A stretch of 59,041 nucleotides of DNA, the filler included, from Sphacelaria rigidula (taxonomy: Eukaryota), in the NCBI GenBank assembly GCA_964200075.2. It is 10 parts of 10 records of this genome, joined end to end, with 100 filler letters (N's around TTAATTAATTAA, not from the genome) between each part and the next. Parts side by side here need not be neighbours in the genome. Positions count along the whole stretch, not along the records: positions 1 to 5,815 come from CAXNAA020024248.1; positions 5,916 to 11,730 come from CAXNAA020024249.1; positions 11,831 to 17,645 come from CAXNAA020024250.1; 7 more parts are not named here. One strand, given 5' to 3'. Numbering within the stretch: the stretch's first letter is position 1; the number at the start of each line of letters is the position of its first letter. Made by a program: the position numbers and the translations under genes. Positions 1 to 12,003 of this stretch are shown here, one piece after another. The notes beneath the pieces are model-generated. The model was not told where the DNA came from, ran no database searches, and saw nothing but the letters and a program-made list of their open reading frames with translations.

Positions 1-560
1 GGACACGAACTTCCCCCATTTCAAGGAATGACGTCAACACGTCATTTTCAGGAGACGTTGGCGTCAGTAGATTGACGTCCGGAACCCTTAGGCAGCTCGG
101 TACTAGCAGTATACGAGGACCAGTACATTGGGCATGTAACGCGTGTCTGAACAGACATGATTCTGCCTCTGCCCTCTCTTCCGACGAAACTATGATTTCT
201 GACTCGGTCGACGGTAGCGAGAATGAGCTATTTTTGTCACGGTAGGTTCGTCATGGCCCTCTTCTCGTTACTCGTTACCCTATACTCAGGGTGAGGAGGG
301 ACGGGGGAGGTGGATAATGTGATGAAAAAAGCACACCCTGGACAATAGATGGCATTTATTGCAATAACAATAGAACCTGCCGCAGTAGATGCCAATATTG
401 TCATCCGTAATGGCTATAAATCGACATTTTTCTTTTTCTAATGTCGTCAGCAATGTCTATCGATAGACCCCTTACCCACATCATTGCCCAGGCAGCAGTC
501 TAGAGTGACTCTACACCCAAAACGTTTGCTGTCGACCGAATATATCGATCGATAGCTTTC

Positions 561-730
561 CAAATCTATTGATGGGATTAGCTATCGATAGGTTGTGTGC
601 CAAATCTGTTGATGGCGGCGATGGCTAGTGATAGATTGGGTATACCAAATCCGATGATGACGGCAATCGTTATTTTAATAGATTGCGTACAAGATCTATT
701 GATGGTGGCAATGAATATCGATATATATTC
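561..730 (+). repeat. Degenerate ~40-45-bp tandem repeat (CAAATCTATTGATGG...GCTATCGATAG)
   Basis: Units start at about 561, 601, 646 and 691; a related array lies at ~1615-1890. Confidence 0.75.
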
Positions 731-1234
731 TCTGTTGTATGTTGCCACACCTACATTGCAACATACTATGTATAGAGCATATTATATTCAATTGAAGAAC
801 GGTAGAACATCGCAGGTGAACATGTAGTGAGTATATGATGATACTACTTGTGGATATATGACGTTACGATTCCACAAATTGGAAGGGTTGTATGTTGTAG
901 CAATCCGTAATATGCGTGGACAAAAGTCTACGAGTTTTGTTGGTGGTGCTCATGGTTTTTCCTCTGATAGACATGAGCGCTTATAGTACTTTTGTGCATG
1001 GTTGAGATGTGCTTATAGCCTGGGCAAAAGGCTGTAATGGAAACATTGCCGCTGCCGCGAAAATATGTTTTTAAATGTTTAATGTCAGTGATAGTCGACT
1101 GGCATCACTGTCTACCGATAGCTATTGTAGGTGACGAGAGATTCGGGACAAGGGACAGAAGGAATCGTTGTCGTGACAATGGAGTGACCAAGTATCTATC
1201 GATACGTGTTATGTGTTGCAATAGGCTCTGAATT

Positions 1235-1460
1235 GCGGCTATCAATGTGTATGGATGATCCCAGTAGTATCTGCAATGCGGCCATCAATGGACATTGTTG
1301 ATCTCAATAGGATCTACATTGCGCCCACCAATGTCTATTGCTGGTCAGAATAGAATCTGAAGCGCGGCCACCAATGTCCATCGCTCGTCACGATACGATC
1401 TGAATCGCGGCCACCAATATCTATTGCTGGCCTCAATGGAAGCTGAATGGCGCCGATCAC
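1235..1460 (+). repeat. Degenerate 43-bp tandem repeat (GCGGCCACCAATGTCTATTG...GATCTGAAT)
   Basis: Unit starts at 1235, 1278, 1321, 1364, 1407 and 1450, an exact 43-bp period. Confidence 0.85.
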
Positions 1461-1614
1461 CATTATAGCTGTGTATGCACATTTTTCGGTGGATGTTTCT
1501 ACCTTGTTCCACAGAACCCATGACCAGCTATCGCCTCAGGTAGTTGCGTGTTCATGTGTAAGGAGTATCGCCGTTGATGCCATAAGACCACAGCAGTGAG
1601 CAATATTTGTATAA

Positions 1615-1890
1615 AAACCCATCGTTGGCGTCACTGGCTATCGGTAGATGCTCCCTCGAATAATCGATTGTTGTTGGCTATCACTATTGGCGGACATAGC
1701 CTTCAATCCACTGTTGGCGGCAGATACTATCGGTAGATTGTTCACCAAATCTATTGATGACGACAAAGGCTACCGATAGACGACTCGCCAGATCTATTGA
1801 TGGCGGTAATTGCTATCGATGGATTGCTCAATGTAATGGCTATCGATATATACATTCCAGAATCTATGCGGTATACGATGTCTATCGATT
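1615..1890 (+). repeat. Degenerate 43-bp tandem repeat, same family as 561-730
   Basis: Units at ~1703, 1746 and 1789 (43-bp period) with CAAATCTATTGATG and CTATCGATAG cores. Confidence 0.7.
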
Positions 1891-4854
1891 TCTAGTAACA
1901 TCTATTGTAACTACCATAGACTGTTGATCGACTCTTGCAACACCTGTCCCTTGTGATACATGACAAGATACGTGTTTGACCATTTTTTGTGTTCAACAAT
2001 ATATACATGTATATCGATAGGTTTTCCTCCGCGTCTATTACTGAAGCAGTGGACTATTACAGTGTCCATAGTCCAGAGTATGTAAAAATGTCTCATAACA
2101 TGAAACATGACGAGAAGTTTCGCTCGTAAGGTTGCGTTGTTTTTTTCAGAGGCCCGAGATATATTCGATTCACTGGTGACTAATTCGCTGCGAAACATCG
2201 CATGCACTTCGAGAAAGGAGACAGCGCTTCGACTTTGCGTGTGTCTCGTATTTTGCACTTGGGGTGTGCGGATGTGTCGAGTGTATTTGTGCGGGGAGGC
2301 GAGGGAGGACAGGGAAAGGACGGGTGGGGGGGGGGGGGTTGGCGCCGGTTTGTTGAGTAAGGAAGAGGTGAAGCTCCCAGCACGTCATGTCTGGTGTTTC
2401 TACGATGACGTACGTGGGTGTTGTCGCGATTATGTACTCACTAGCAACGATAGTTGAGCCATGATCCAATTAGATTCGCGCGGTCGTTTTACTTGTTGGT
2501 CAAAACTCAAAGGTTTTTGTTTCGTGTACGTTGTTCGATACTGAGTGGATGTTGGTTGTGTATGCATCGTTCGATATACATTTGCGTACCGTTGCAATTG
2601 GTAAAGAAACTTGGTTCACAGTCCCTCTCTCCTCCTCCACTCTCCGCCCCTTGCGATCTTGTGTTTCCTCCTGCATCTCGTTGCTTCATAGTTCTTGACC
2701 TTCCTCCTCCCCGTCCACCTCTCCATTCCTTTCCCTGCCCTCACTGCGTCCCGCCGTGCGTGTTTCCATCTCACTACTTGACGAATAAAAAAACGAAGTT
2801 GCAAGACCTTACTGCCGCGCTCCAGGCGGGCGTCGCTTTCAAGCTCGACACCCTGTATGTCCGTTGCTCGAGTTCGTACAGCCGGAGCAGCACCAAAGCC
2901 TCCCCTGCGTTGGTCCGAGAGCTCCTGAAAGCCGCTTCATCGAGGAGGTCGGAAACCCATCTCGACTTCAAGATTGTATTCTCCTAGCTCCGTATTTCAA
3001 GGGAGACTACGCGGCACACGGATGCGAGCAACGCAGCGCTCGGTAGGAATAGTCCGATTGACGAAGGATAGCGTTTTTTGTGGGTGTTACAAAAGGTATG
3101 GCGTACAGTTTTTTTTCAAATAGCAGGTTGATGGTATGTATTTAATGGATGTAGTACATAGTATATATATAGAACATTTCGAACTCACGAGCGTCAAGCA
3201 TACTTTTTAACGAGGCGTCCACGAGATTCGATGCTGATTTGAGTGTGCAAGTTCCTCCGCACCCGCCCCGGGAGATGACTGTTCGGGCCAATGCCAATGC
3301 TAGGGGCCCGGTTGGCGGATTCTTGCTTTGCTTTGTGCGGGGGTACACATACATTCGCGACCGCTCGAACGAACGCGCGATCGCGGTGGTCCTGCAATGT
3401 TTCCGGCGGGCATAAACGTTTCGAGAGAGGATCTATTTTCACGAAGGCTTGGCAAGGCAAGAAGGCCGGGACCGGGGTGCAGCCCCGCGTCCCGTGCGGC
3501 TTGTATATATATATATATATGTCTGTATAGTTTTTCTCGCCCTACGCATCGCTTGAATGTCGAGGGAGGGAAGAAGTGGGTACGGATGTACACCAGGTGA
3601 CGTTGCTCTGTGACGGGTTATTTGGACTCGGACGATGAGTGAAAGTGCAGCATTTTGATAGATGTTCTATATAGGTTCCTCACTGTTTTTGTGCTGACTG
3701 CCTGGTTTTGTGCGGGCGTTTTTTCATTGTTGTCGGTAGTGGTGATGGTGGTGGAAGTAGTATCAGGGGCAAGAGACGTTTCTCTTTTGTTTATGCTTGC
3801 CTTGTTTTCGATGGCGGATTGCCGTGTTTCCCTCCATTGAGGTAGGAGCGGGGTTTCCGCTCGCCGCTTGAAGCCATGTCAGGCAATTATCGGCCAACCC
3901 ATCTGATGCCGTTGCGGCATAGCGACCCACGTGTGTTTACGATGTACATGTTGTAGGATTTGCGATTTTGGCAAAAAATGGTGATGATGGTGTAGATGAG
4001 CAGGCAGTTGTATCTCTTTCACGATATGTGACGTCGTGGCCACCGAGACGTGGCCGTGTGAGGAAAGGAGGAGGGGGTAATTTTCAAAAAGAGTACGTAC
4101 GTGGCTTCTCCGGTTACTGCTTGTGTTTGATTTCCGTTTTCACACGCATGCGTAGAGCTGCGCCATTGTTTCGGCTTGACGAATGCGTGTGCTTCCACCT
4201 TTTTTGGTACACGATGCGTAAGAGCTGAGAGATTCATCATCAGCAGGTGTCGTGCGTATTCCGCTTTTCAAGCGCTGTCTCTTGTGTGTCTTCATGTCTG
4301 TGCATAGTGCGTCATTTGTCCGGAAATGTGTGAAGAACGGCGCTCGTACGAAGGTTGTGTGCCGTAAAGAAATTGTATTCCTGCGGATATTTTTTGTGTA
4401 GATTATCTCGTGAAGCAGGTATTAGTACAAAAACTCATTCGTTCGGCGATGTTGCAGTCGGCCAGGGGCGAACAACGGAATGATAGAGCCTGATCCCAAC
4501 ACAAGGAAATGCCTCCGCAAATTTCAACGTCCATCATCTACCACTGCACCTCTGAGGTGGTTTGTCTCGCACCCTTACATACTGAGCTCGGTCAAGGGGG
4601 TGGTGATCGGGCTGTATGTATAGTCACTCAGCAGACGGGCTTGTTACGTTCACGGAGTTGTCCGCACGTTTGATACGAGTACCGGCAGCACGCGAGACTT
4701 TCCGTGACTCATTATACATGCGATGGAGTGGTCTGACCGGCGAAAGGCGCTGCATCTCAGTTACAAGTCAATACCATACACTGGAACCATCGGCTTCCTC
4801 CGGTTTGCTCTGAGTTACTACAGATGAGTTTTCACCATGTAATTAAAGCCGGTC

Positions 4855-4926
4855 GTCCCGGTGGCTCGGTTGGTAACCTCGAAAATTTCTGACGGTTGTG
4901 TTGTGGGTTCGAATCTCGTTGCAGAC
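4855..4926 (+). mobile_element. tRNA-derived SINE head (Pol III A and B boxes)
   Basis: A-box-like TGGCTCGGTTGG and B-box GGTTCGAATC at tRNA-like spacing; no intact cloverleaf or acceptor stem. Confidence 0.65.
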
Positions 4927-5504
4927 ACACGATCTGGGATTTTTTCTCACACCATGCCCAACAGCGGAGAGCGACTATGTCGTGGGTACACAGAATTCGA
5001 CTCAAGAGTCGATGAGGAGAAGGAACCGCTGAACCCTTCTCGCGATATACGGTGAAGCAAACACCGCAGGAGGAAGGTGGTGAGCCGAAACAAAGGGAAA
5101 AAAATACTGCTGTGTTGACCTTCCTCCTCCTGTGTGACCCCGGCTGAATCGCCCATATATACCGAAAGGTTTAGACCGGTGTCCAGAATAGACGGGATGA
5201 CAGCACATCACACAAATAGTAAAGGGCTATTTCCCCTTATCCGAACCGGACGCCCACTGCTTGGTTCTTGGAATGCTCTCGCCGTTGTGAGTTCAGCTGA
5301 ATCTATCGGGAGCATGGTTTACCGTCTTTTTCGCTATCATACGGTATGTGTTCTGCACAGTACGCTGTGTGCAACGCTTCCCCGCATGCCCTACGCAAAC
5401 ACGCAAGTATACACACTCCCTCATGAGCGTATAGCGGTTATGTGAGAGCTCGTACGCTCACTCCCGGCGCGCTAGATACACATTGAACGGTTTTCTGTTC
5501 AACG

Positions 5505-5815
5505 TCCCCTCCCCCCTCTCCTCACCTCTAGACTCTTGGGTTGGCGTCGAGTGGCAACGGGACTGTAAAACAAGCCACCATAACCTAGACATGAAATGTA
5601 CAGACTGTCACCGTACCGGTACCACAACCCGCAACTAGACGAAAGAAAATCCCGGACCGACAAACACAAAATACATGCAAAAACCTGAATAACCAATTTT
5701 CTTTTCCCTCAGAAACACACAAAATAGTATAAACATGATATAACGAAGATCCCCCCCCCTTCACCTCTAGACTCTTGGGTTGGCGTCGAGTGGCAACGGC
5801 GCTGTAAAACAAGCC
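5505..5815 (+). repeat. Direct repeat of ~65 bp (two copies, ~5505-5577 and ~5750-5815)
   Basis: TCACCTCTAGACTCTTGGGTTGGCGTCGAGTGGCAACGG..CTGTAAAACAAGCC occurs twice; the second copy ends at the contig edge. Confidence 0.85.
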
Positions 5816-5915
5816 NNNNNNNNNNNNNNNNNNNNNNNNNNNNNNNNNNNNNNNNNNNNTTAATTAATTAANNNNNNNNNNNNNNNNNNNNNNNNNNNNN
5901 NNNNNNNNNNNNNNN
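5816..5915. other. Artificial contig spacer (44 N + TTAATTAATTAA + 44 N)
   Basis: Identical 100-bp linker with stop codons in all six frames, recurring every ~5.9 kb. Confidence 0.99.
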
Positions 5916-6001
5916 CCGTCCCGGCTTTGTAGGGATGCGAGGTCAATGGTCTGATGGCTATGGCATGCATGATCATGAGTACACCCCCCCAGCACACGCA
6001 C

Positions 6002-6240
6002 CTCATATACAGTTTTACGAAGTCGGATGGGCTCCTCGATCTCAAGCGGCGGCAATGCCGCCGCAATCTTCGACAGCCCCTCCGCCGTAGCGCCTCCCGC
6101 GACCCGAGCTCCCCGGAACATGGCCGCTGCCTGCCAGATCCGTTCGTCCGTGGCAGCCTCCTCAAACTTATTTTCGAATCCGTGGATGTCAGTTTCCAGA
6201 ACGTCGACCGCCTTGTCGAAGGCGTCCGTGTAGAATAACA
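6002..6240 (-). CDS. Putative internal coding exon, unknown protein
   Basis: Open frame LFYTDAFDKAVDVLETDIHGFENKFEEAA...RKTVYE, bounded by an AG acceptor (6241-6242) and a GT donor (6000-6001). Confidence 0.5.
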
Positions 6241-6514
6241 CTAGCCCTAGCGGCCACGTGCGAGATCCGGGGTGGCTTATGAGTCACGCACCGGGTGAGG
6301 GGCGGGGAGGCGAGGGAGGGGGAGGAGAGGAGAGGGCGGCCGGCAGCCTACAGAGTAAGGGTACCTGATGATTTCGGAGAGGAGGGAAGTAGCCAAAATA
6401 TGAGACTTCGAAGACAACATACAGGTATCATCGTGGAAGATATTCTCACAGGGGTGGGACAGTCCGAGGTGGCTGCGTAACTACCATCGATGAAGGAAAC
6501 AATGAAGTTTTCAA

Positions 6515-6774
6515 GGGTCGGACGAATTAATGATTCGTCCGTAAATTACTTGATTTTAGTATAATTGATTCGTACGGATACGAATCAATCCTTACGCTTT
6601 GTTTTCAGCGTTGCAACCCAGGTGCGCAAAGAAGCCCAGGCACGTGGAATAGTGCAAAAGTTGCGTGGAGACCTGTTTGACCAGCGGTCGACTTTTTTTT
6701 TTCTCTCTTTCGATCAATCAGGCCTGAGAAATCGTGGATTTGGTGATTCGAACCGGCGATGATTCGTCCCAACC
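6515..6774. mobile_element. MITE family F (TIR GGGTCGGACGAAT...)
   Basis: Terminal inverted repeats; further copies at 10966-11203 and ~11575-11730 in the opposite orientation. Confidence 0.75.
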
Positions 6775-6837
6775 GGGAAGGTTTTTTACATGAAGCGCGT
6801 GCGCGCGTGCGGGGGGGAGGGGGGGGGGGAGAAGAGG

Positions 6838-7110
6838 TTACTCACGATTCTGCATGCCGTAGCCATATGACCGTTGACTTCGCATCCCTACAAAGCGGGT
6901 ACGGAGCACGCTCAGTTTTCGTCGGACCAGGCTCGCAATCACGAAGCGCGAAGCGCCGTAATGTATTCGTCGAGCCGCATCAGGGTGACCTGCATCTTAC
7001 CAAGATTGTTCGGCCCGAGGCGTACTGAATATCTTGCGTACGGATGGCAGCCTCGAATGAGTTGCTTCATTTTCTGGTATCGCCACTTCCGGAGACAGCT
7101 ACGGGTTATT
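6838..7110 (+). repeat. Dispersed repeat family E
   Basis: Aligns with ~8155-8440 (same strand) and 5916-5980 (reverse); shared GGCTCGCAATCAC..AGCGCGAAGCGCCGT and CTCGAATGAGTTGCTTCATTTTCTGGTATCG. Confidence 0.8.
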
Positions 7111-7775
7111 ACACTGCCTCGCGAGTGTTTGTTCACCACTGGAATACTGCGTAGTACGGTCACATCCCCTTCGCGCAGAATTCAGGTACTCCACTACAGA
7201 CAATATGATGTAGCTTGACCACCATCATGGTTACCGGAAAAAACACTCAGGCGGGAAAAACCGATAACCCTGGATGCCTCGCTTACGCAGTGAGGGGCGT
7301 GTATTACAGCGTCGTTTGCCAACCGACGCCAAACCTCAAGGGGGGAGGAGGAGGAGGGGAGGGGGGGGGATAACACCAGCACAAACAATACAGTCGTGAC
7401 TTGATTTGATCGTCGCAATTTCATTTGTATATATGTTTACATATGCCAATGTATATACTGTTAGTACCCCAGCTTTATCCGAGTATTGTTGACTGTCTCT
7501 GAGGTGGCACACTATACCCCTGCTTGGTATATTCGCCTTTTTTTTTATTGAAACGAGCATAAATCAGCACTTATACTGAGACCCTCGGTCCAAACTAAAA
7601 TCACTTGTCAAGTCGCTCAGACTTTGACTTTCTGGCATATCAACGACTCCCTCCTGTGCAGAATAATGGACAGGTGCAAGAGCAGCGAATCGACCTATAT
7701 TCAGCGTCCGAACCACCGTATCGTGGGGGTCAACAGGGGTTCAAGAATTCCCGTTCTCGTCTCACGTGTGCTAAC

Positions 7776-8034
7776 CTAATCTCAGAAGCCGCGGTGTAAT
7801 CCTCCGCGGCCTCCTGCAGCATGCCCATCTTCAGCTTGGCTAGCCCGCTGGCACACTTCTGTTCTATCGCTAGCTCCACCTTGTCCAGGGATCGCCAGTA
7901 CTCTTCTTCTATTTCCTTCACTCGCCTATCAGCGGCGTCCAATTCTCGCAGCGTTTCTTCGGGAAGCTGGTCTCTCTTCAGATGCACTCTGGAGCACGAC
8001 CGCGCTGACCTTCTGCTGGAGTAGTGTCGATCAT
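7776..8034 (-). CDS. Putative exon with a coiled coil and TPR-like motif
   Basis: cag|...|gttag boundaries; ends in SGLAKLKMGMLQEAAEDYTAASEI, which fits the TPR consensus G-A..G...EA..DY..A. Confidence 0.6.
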
Positions 8035-8154
8035 CTGCCGTTTTTTTGTTTTGTTTTATTTCAACGTCCAAATGTGTAGCAAGGAACACGCGTCAGGAGT
8101 TTTGGTCCGTTAAAAAAAAACGACAGGGGAAGGATGGGGATAAAAAAGGGAGGT

Positions 8155-8440
8155 GTACTCATGATCTTGCATGTCGTAGTCATCAGGCGATCGTCCTTGC
8201 ACCCCTACAGAGGCGTGACAAAGCACGCCGGGTTTTCGCCGGGCCAGGCTCGCAATCACTAAGCGCGAAGCGCCGTGATGTGTTCGGCGAGTCGCATGAA
8301 CGGTGTGGCGACGTGCATCCTGCGAAGAATGTTCGACCCGAAGCGTGCCTTTTTTTTTTTATCTTGGATATGGATGACAGGCTCGAATGAGTTGCTTCAT
8401 TTTCTGGTATCGTCACTTCCAGAGATAGCCACGGGTTACG
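8155..8440 (+). repeat. Dispersed repeat family E, second copy
   Basis: Homologous to 6838-7110. Confidence 0.8.
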
Positions 8441-8607
8441 CTGCCTTATGGGTGTCTCACCGTATGGAAAATAGGGAGGGGGGGGGAGGGGGGGGGGGGG
8501 GGGGTTTCCCGTGGAGATCGTGGGGCTTTTCCATTGGTTTGGCGGTATATCTCAGGCTCCCAGGGNNNNNNNNNNGGCGCGCGTGTGGGTGTTGTCGAGG
8601 GGGGGGG

Positions 8608-8640
<33 letters not shown>

Positions 8641-9758
8641 CGTATCCCGTGGATATCGTGCGCCTTTTACATATGCATGGAGTTATATCTCAGTCTCCCA
8701 TGGCGCGTGATTCGAAAGAAACCACCCCCCACCTCCACACACAGAATCCACATCCCTTCACCTCTTCAAAAGGCCATGGAAATGAGAGTAGGGTAGCCTG
8801 CCAGGCGCAAGGTGCGATACAGACACAGGCTGGGCCGCCTATGGAGCGGACTTTCCTTCAGCCGGTTCTAACTGGCGATGCATCGCGAGTTGTGCCTACT
8901 ATAATATGACACATTGTGATAATCTGCGAATCAACGCGCGTCTTTCACTTCACGTAGCACTGCGATCCTACAAGTTCCCCTGAAACGGAATACCAAACTG
9001 CAGTCAGCTGCGAAGCGTAGAGAGTTGAGGGTGGCATGTGCGGCGCAATCAGGGGGGGGAAACCCGGCTGAAATCGCATTTTCGGTTACCGTTGGTTGTG
9101 CCGCGGCCGCAAAGTGATGGCGCTGCACAAGTTGTGGTTGTACAACAATGCATCTCGTACTGAAGGCGCGCAGTGTCTGAGATGGCACGCAGACGAGGCC
9201 TCCAGCACGTCAAGGCGTCAAGTAGTATTATGTGAACTGGTGAGCAGTGGGTGAACAAAGTTGTGAAGAACGTCAAAGTTCTGGCTGAGGTTGCTGTTCT
9301 CTAAAAGCAAGTCAACCGGTTCTCAACAGGAAAGCGCGGTTGCGACGGTCAATTTTGAGTCGTTTTCTATGAATTTTTGACACGATGTACATGAGGCATG
9401 TGCGAAGCCCCTGTCGTTTCCTCTTCATTTGTTTTTTTCCCTATGAGCTCGTATCGGAGATCGAAAATTCGGAACAATCGTTCGGTACGAAATTGTCGAC
9501 AACTCATTTGAAAAAAAAAAATCAAGGGGGTACCACGGGGTCTTTACAACATACCTTATGCACATCGTGTCAAAATTTCGTGGAAAAAGACTCGAAATTG
9601 AACAGCATAACCGCGTTTCATTTTTTCGTGGCTCGTCCGTCTTCACATAGGACCGGATCTTCAACACGAACACGCGATTGTGCAGCTCAATTTTGGGTCG
9701 TTTTGGTTCCGAAAAAAATGTTCCGACATTGGTTCCGAAAAAAATGTTCCGACATTTT

Positions 9759-10016
9759 CACACGTCGGACAGCTCATGAGCTACCTGAAATATGTAATCG
9801 AAGAGAACTCCCAGATCCATTCTACAAAAACACAAAACACGTTACAGCAGTGTCCGAGAAGCCAAAGCGTGTTACCTTCCCGCTACACGGCGTGCTCGGC
9901 GTCCATCGCTGTTGGGAGCTAATACGGAAATGGTGGCCAAATGAGCTAGCTCATGATCCGGATCAGTACTCTAATAACAAGTAATATCCAGGTAGCTCAT
10001 GAGCTGTCCGACGTGT
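9759..10016. mobile_element. MITE-like element with ~30-bp TIRs
   Basis: CACACGTCGGACAGCTCATGAGCTACCTG ... CAGGTAGCTCATGAGCTGTCCGACGTGTG. Confidence 0.75.
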
Positions 10017-10965
10017 GGACATTTTGACGGGCAACGAAAAAAGAACCGGTCGCGTACTTTTAACAGGCGAGGCAGGCGGCTCCCGTGAGGCTGAAAGAGA
10101 AGGAGATTCGGATCAAGACAATTGATTGATTGTTGGACTGGTTGGTTGTCACATACTGTACGAAGTACGAACTTATCAAAACGAAATAGCGTGCAATTAC
10201 ACATTTTTGGTAGCGAGTAGGTCCGTTCAGAACGGTCTTCAGGATTAAGCTTTTAGCTACAGGCGGTGTCGGGCTCGGCACAGCTGTCTCATTTCGAAGG
10301 TTTCTTGCTGCTCAAAACCTCAATATGGACTTGCGACCAATAATTCGTGGTGTCATATCCACGCAACCTCTTGCTGCTGCTCCGTCACTCCTTCATCATT
10401 TCGCAGGTGTGTGATGCTACGGTAGGGGTGCGCATTTTTTTCCCGAGGTTAGAATTGTTAGGAGCCCTTCCTCTCATCCAAAACACGACTCACTGAAACA
10501 TATGAGAGTACGCGAGGCTTACTATTCTGATGTGCTAGGGATATCCCGAATGAATTCGCAAACGGGGATGCCCTGATCCATTTTTTTGTGCATCTAGAAA
10601 AGTTAGGAGCTCCTGAACCAGACATGATTTTGCGTAAAAGTGTACCCCTACCGTAGCATTGCTCAGATAAAGGTCGTGATTATTGTGCGTTGGTACTACA
10701 TGCAGACGAGACGTCGCTTTCCTGCAGTCCAATATTCATGCTGAAACCTTGTACAAACGCAAAACTTCCTGCTGCTCGCTTGATCATTTGCTTCATCTGC
10801 CTGTGCCCTACACGCGAGCTGGAGATGGACGCTGCTGCTGCCACACAACACTACTCATACAGTACCAACAGAGAATTGCAACGGTGAATGTTTTTGAGTC
10901 ATCATCTTTCCGTAGTAGTCTGGCTTCTTGTTCTTCTGCGCTGCGGTTCCCTACAGCTATGTCAC

Positions 10966-11203
10966 GGCTCGGACGAATCATCGCCGGTTCGAATCACCAA
11001 ATCCACGATTTTTCAGGCCTTATTGCTCGAAAGAGGGAAAAAAAGTCGACCGACGGTCAAAAAGGTTCCCACGCAACGTTTGCACCATTCCGCGTGCCTG
11101 GGTTGCAACGCTCAAAACAAAGCCCAAGGATTGATCCGTACGGTACGAATCAACGACACTAAAATCAAGTAATTACCAGACGAATCATCGATTCGTCCGA
11201 CCC
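10966..11203. mobile_element. MITE family F, second copy
   Basis: Reverse-complement homologue of 6515-6774, with TIRs. Confidence 0.75.
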
Positions 11204-11730
11204 TTGGACTATTTATTTCAGCGCTGTGAACCTCAAAGTAGAGCTGTGTTGGGGAAGGCGAAGCGACGCGAAAGGTTACGCCAATCGGACCTACGCCGCA
11301 AGCAACAGGGTGTTACGTTGAGAGACACCCACAGGAGAGCCAACGTCGCTGACACGCAACAACAGCGACAGCTCGCGAGGAACCCAGATTGGAAACGATC
11401 GAGAGCGCGACTCGCGTTGTACCCGACTAGGAATAGGTAGGAGAGGCGGGGGCGACTGATATACCCGTTTTATCATCTGTTGACTGATTTCTTCGGCTTG
11501 CAATCTCAGCGATGTTCCTGCCTGTGTTCGCACACATCCTCTGTGTGGTTTCGGTAGTCCATTTCTTCCACAGTTGGGACAAATAATCATGATTCAAAAT
11601 CACCAAATTCACGATTTCTTTGGCCTGATTGCCCAAGAGGGAGAAAAAAGTTGATCGCTGGTCCAAGGGGTACCCACGCAACTTTTGCGCCATTCTACGT
11701 GTCGGGGTTGCGTGTACCTGGGTTGCGACG

Positions 11731-11830
11731 NNNNNNNNNNNNNNNNNNNNNNNNNNNNNNNNNNNNNNNNNNNNTTAATTAATTAANNNNNNNNNNNNNN
11801 NNNNNNNNNNNNNNNNNNNNNNNNNNNNNN
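11731..11830. other. Artificial contig spacer
   Basis: 44 N + TTAATTAATTAA + 44 N. Confidence 0.99.
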
Positions 11831-12003
11831 GGGGGGGATGAGGAGTGGACGAAGAAAAAGAGGACAAAGGGAGAAATGTATGACCGATGACAGGCGGGGG
11901 AATATACATGACACCGTCAAAGGTACCCACAGAAAGATGATGCGCGCTTTATGAAACATGCAGAGAATCGAACGACAAGGCTAGGTGCGACATACGAACA
12001 CAC

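Noticed and set aside
1235..1460. CRISPR-like array
   Set aside because: Units are degenerate along their whole length, with no constant repeat plus unique spacer structure; no cas genes; eukaryotic context.
2454..3600. Coding exons in contig 1 (e.g. DLTAALQAGVAFKLDTLYV...)
   Set aside because: GC-rich and exon-like, but I found no recognisable domain and no consistent splice model; left unannotated.
4855..4926. Functional tRNA gene (also 29701-29766)
   Set aside because: A and B boxes are present, but the acceptor and anticodon stems do not pair properly; better explained as SINE heads.
5860..5871. Recurrent TTAATTAATTAA palindrome as a biological motif
   Set aside because: Always centred in 44+44 N; it is an assembly linker with six-frame stops. 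ORFs ending in X...LIN are artefacts of it.
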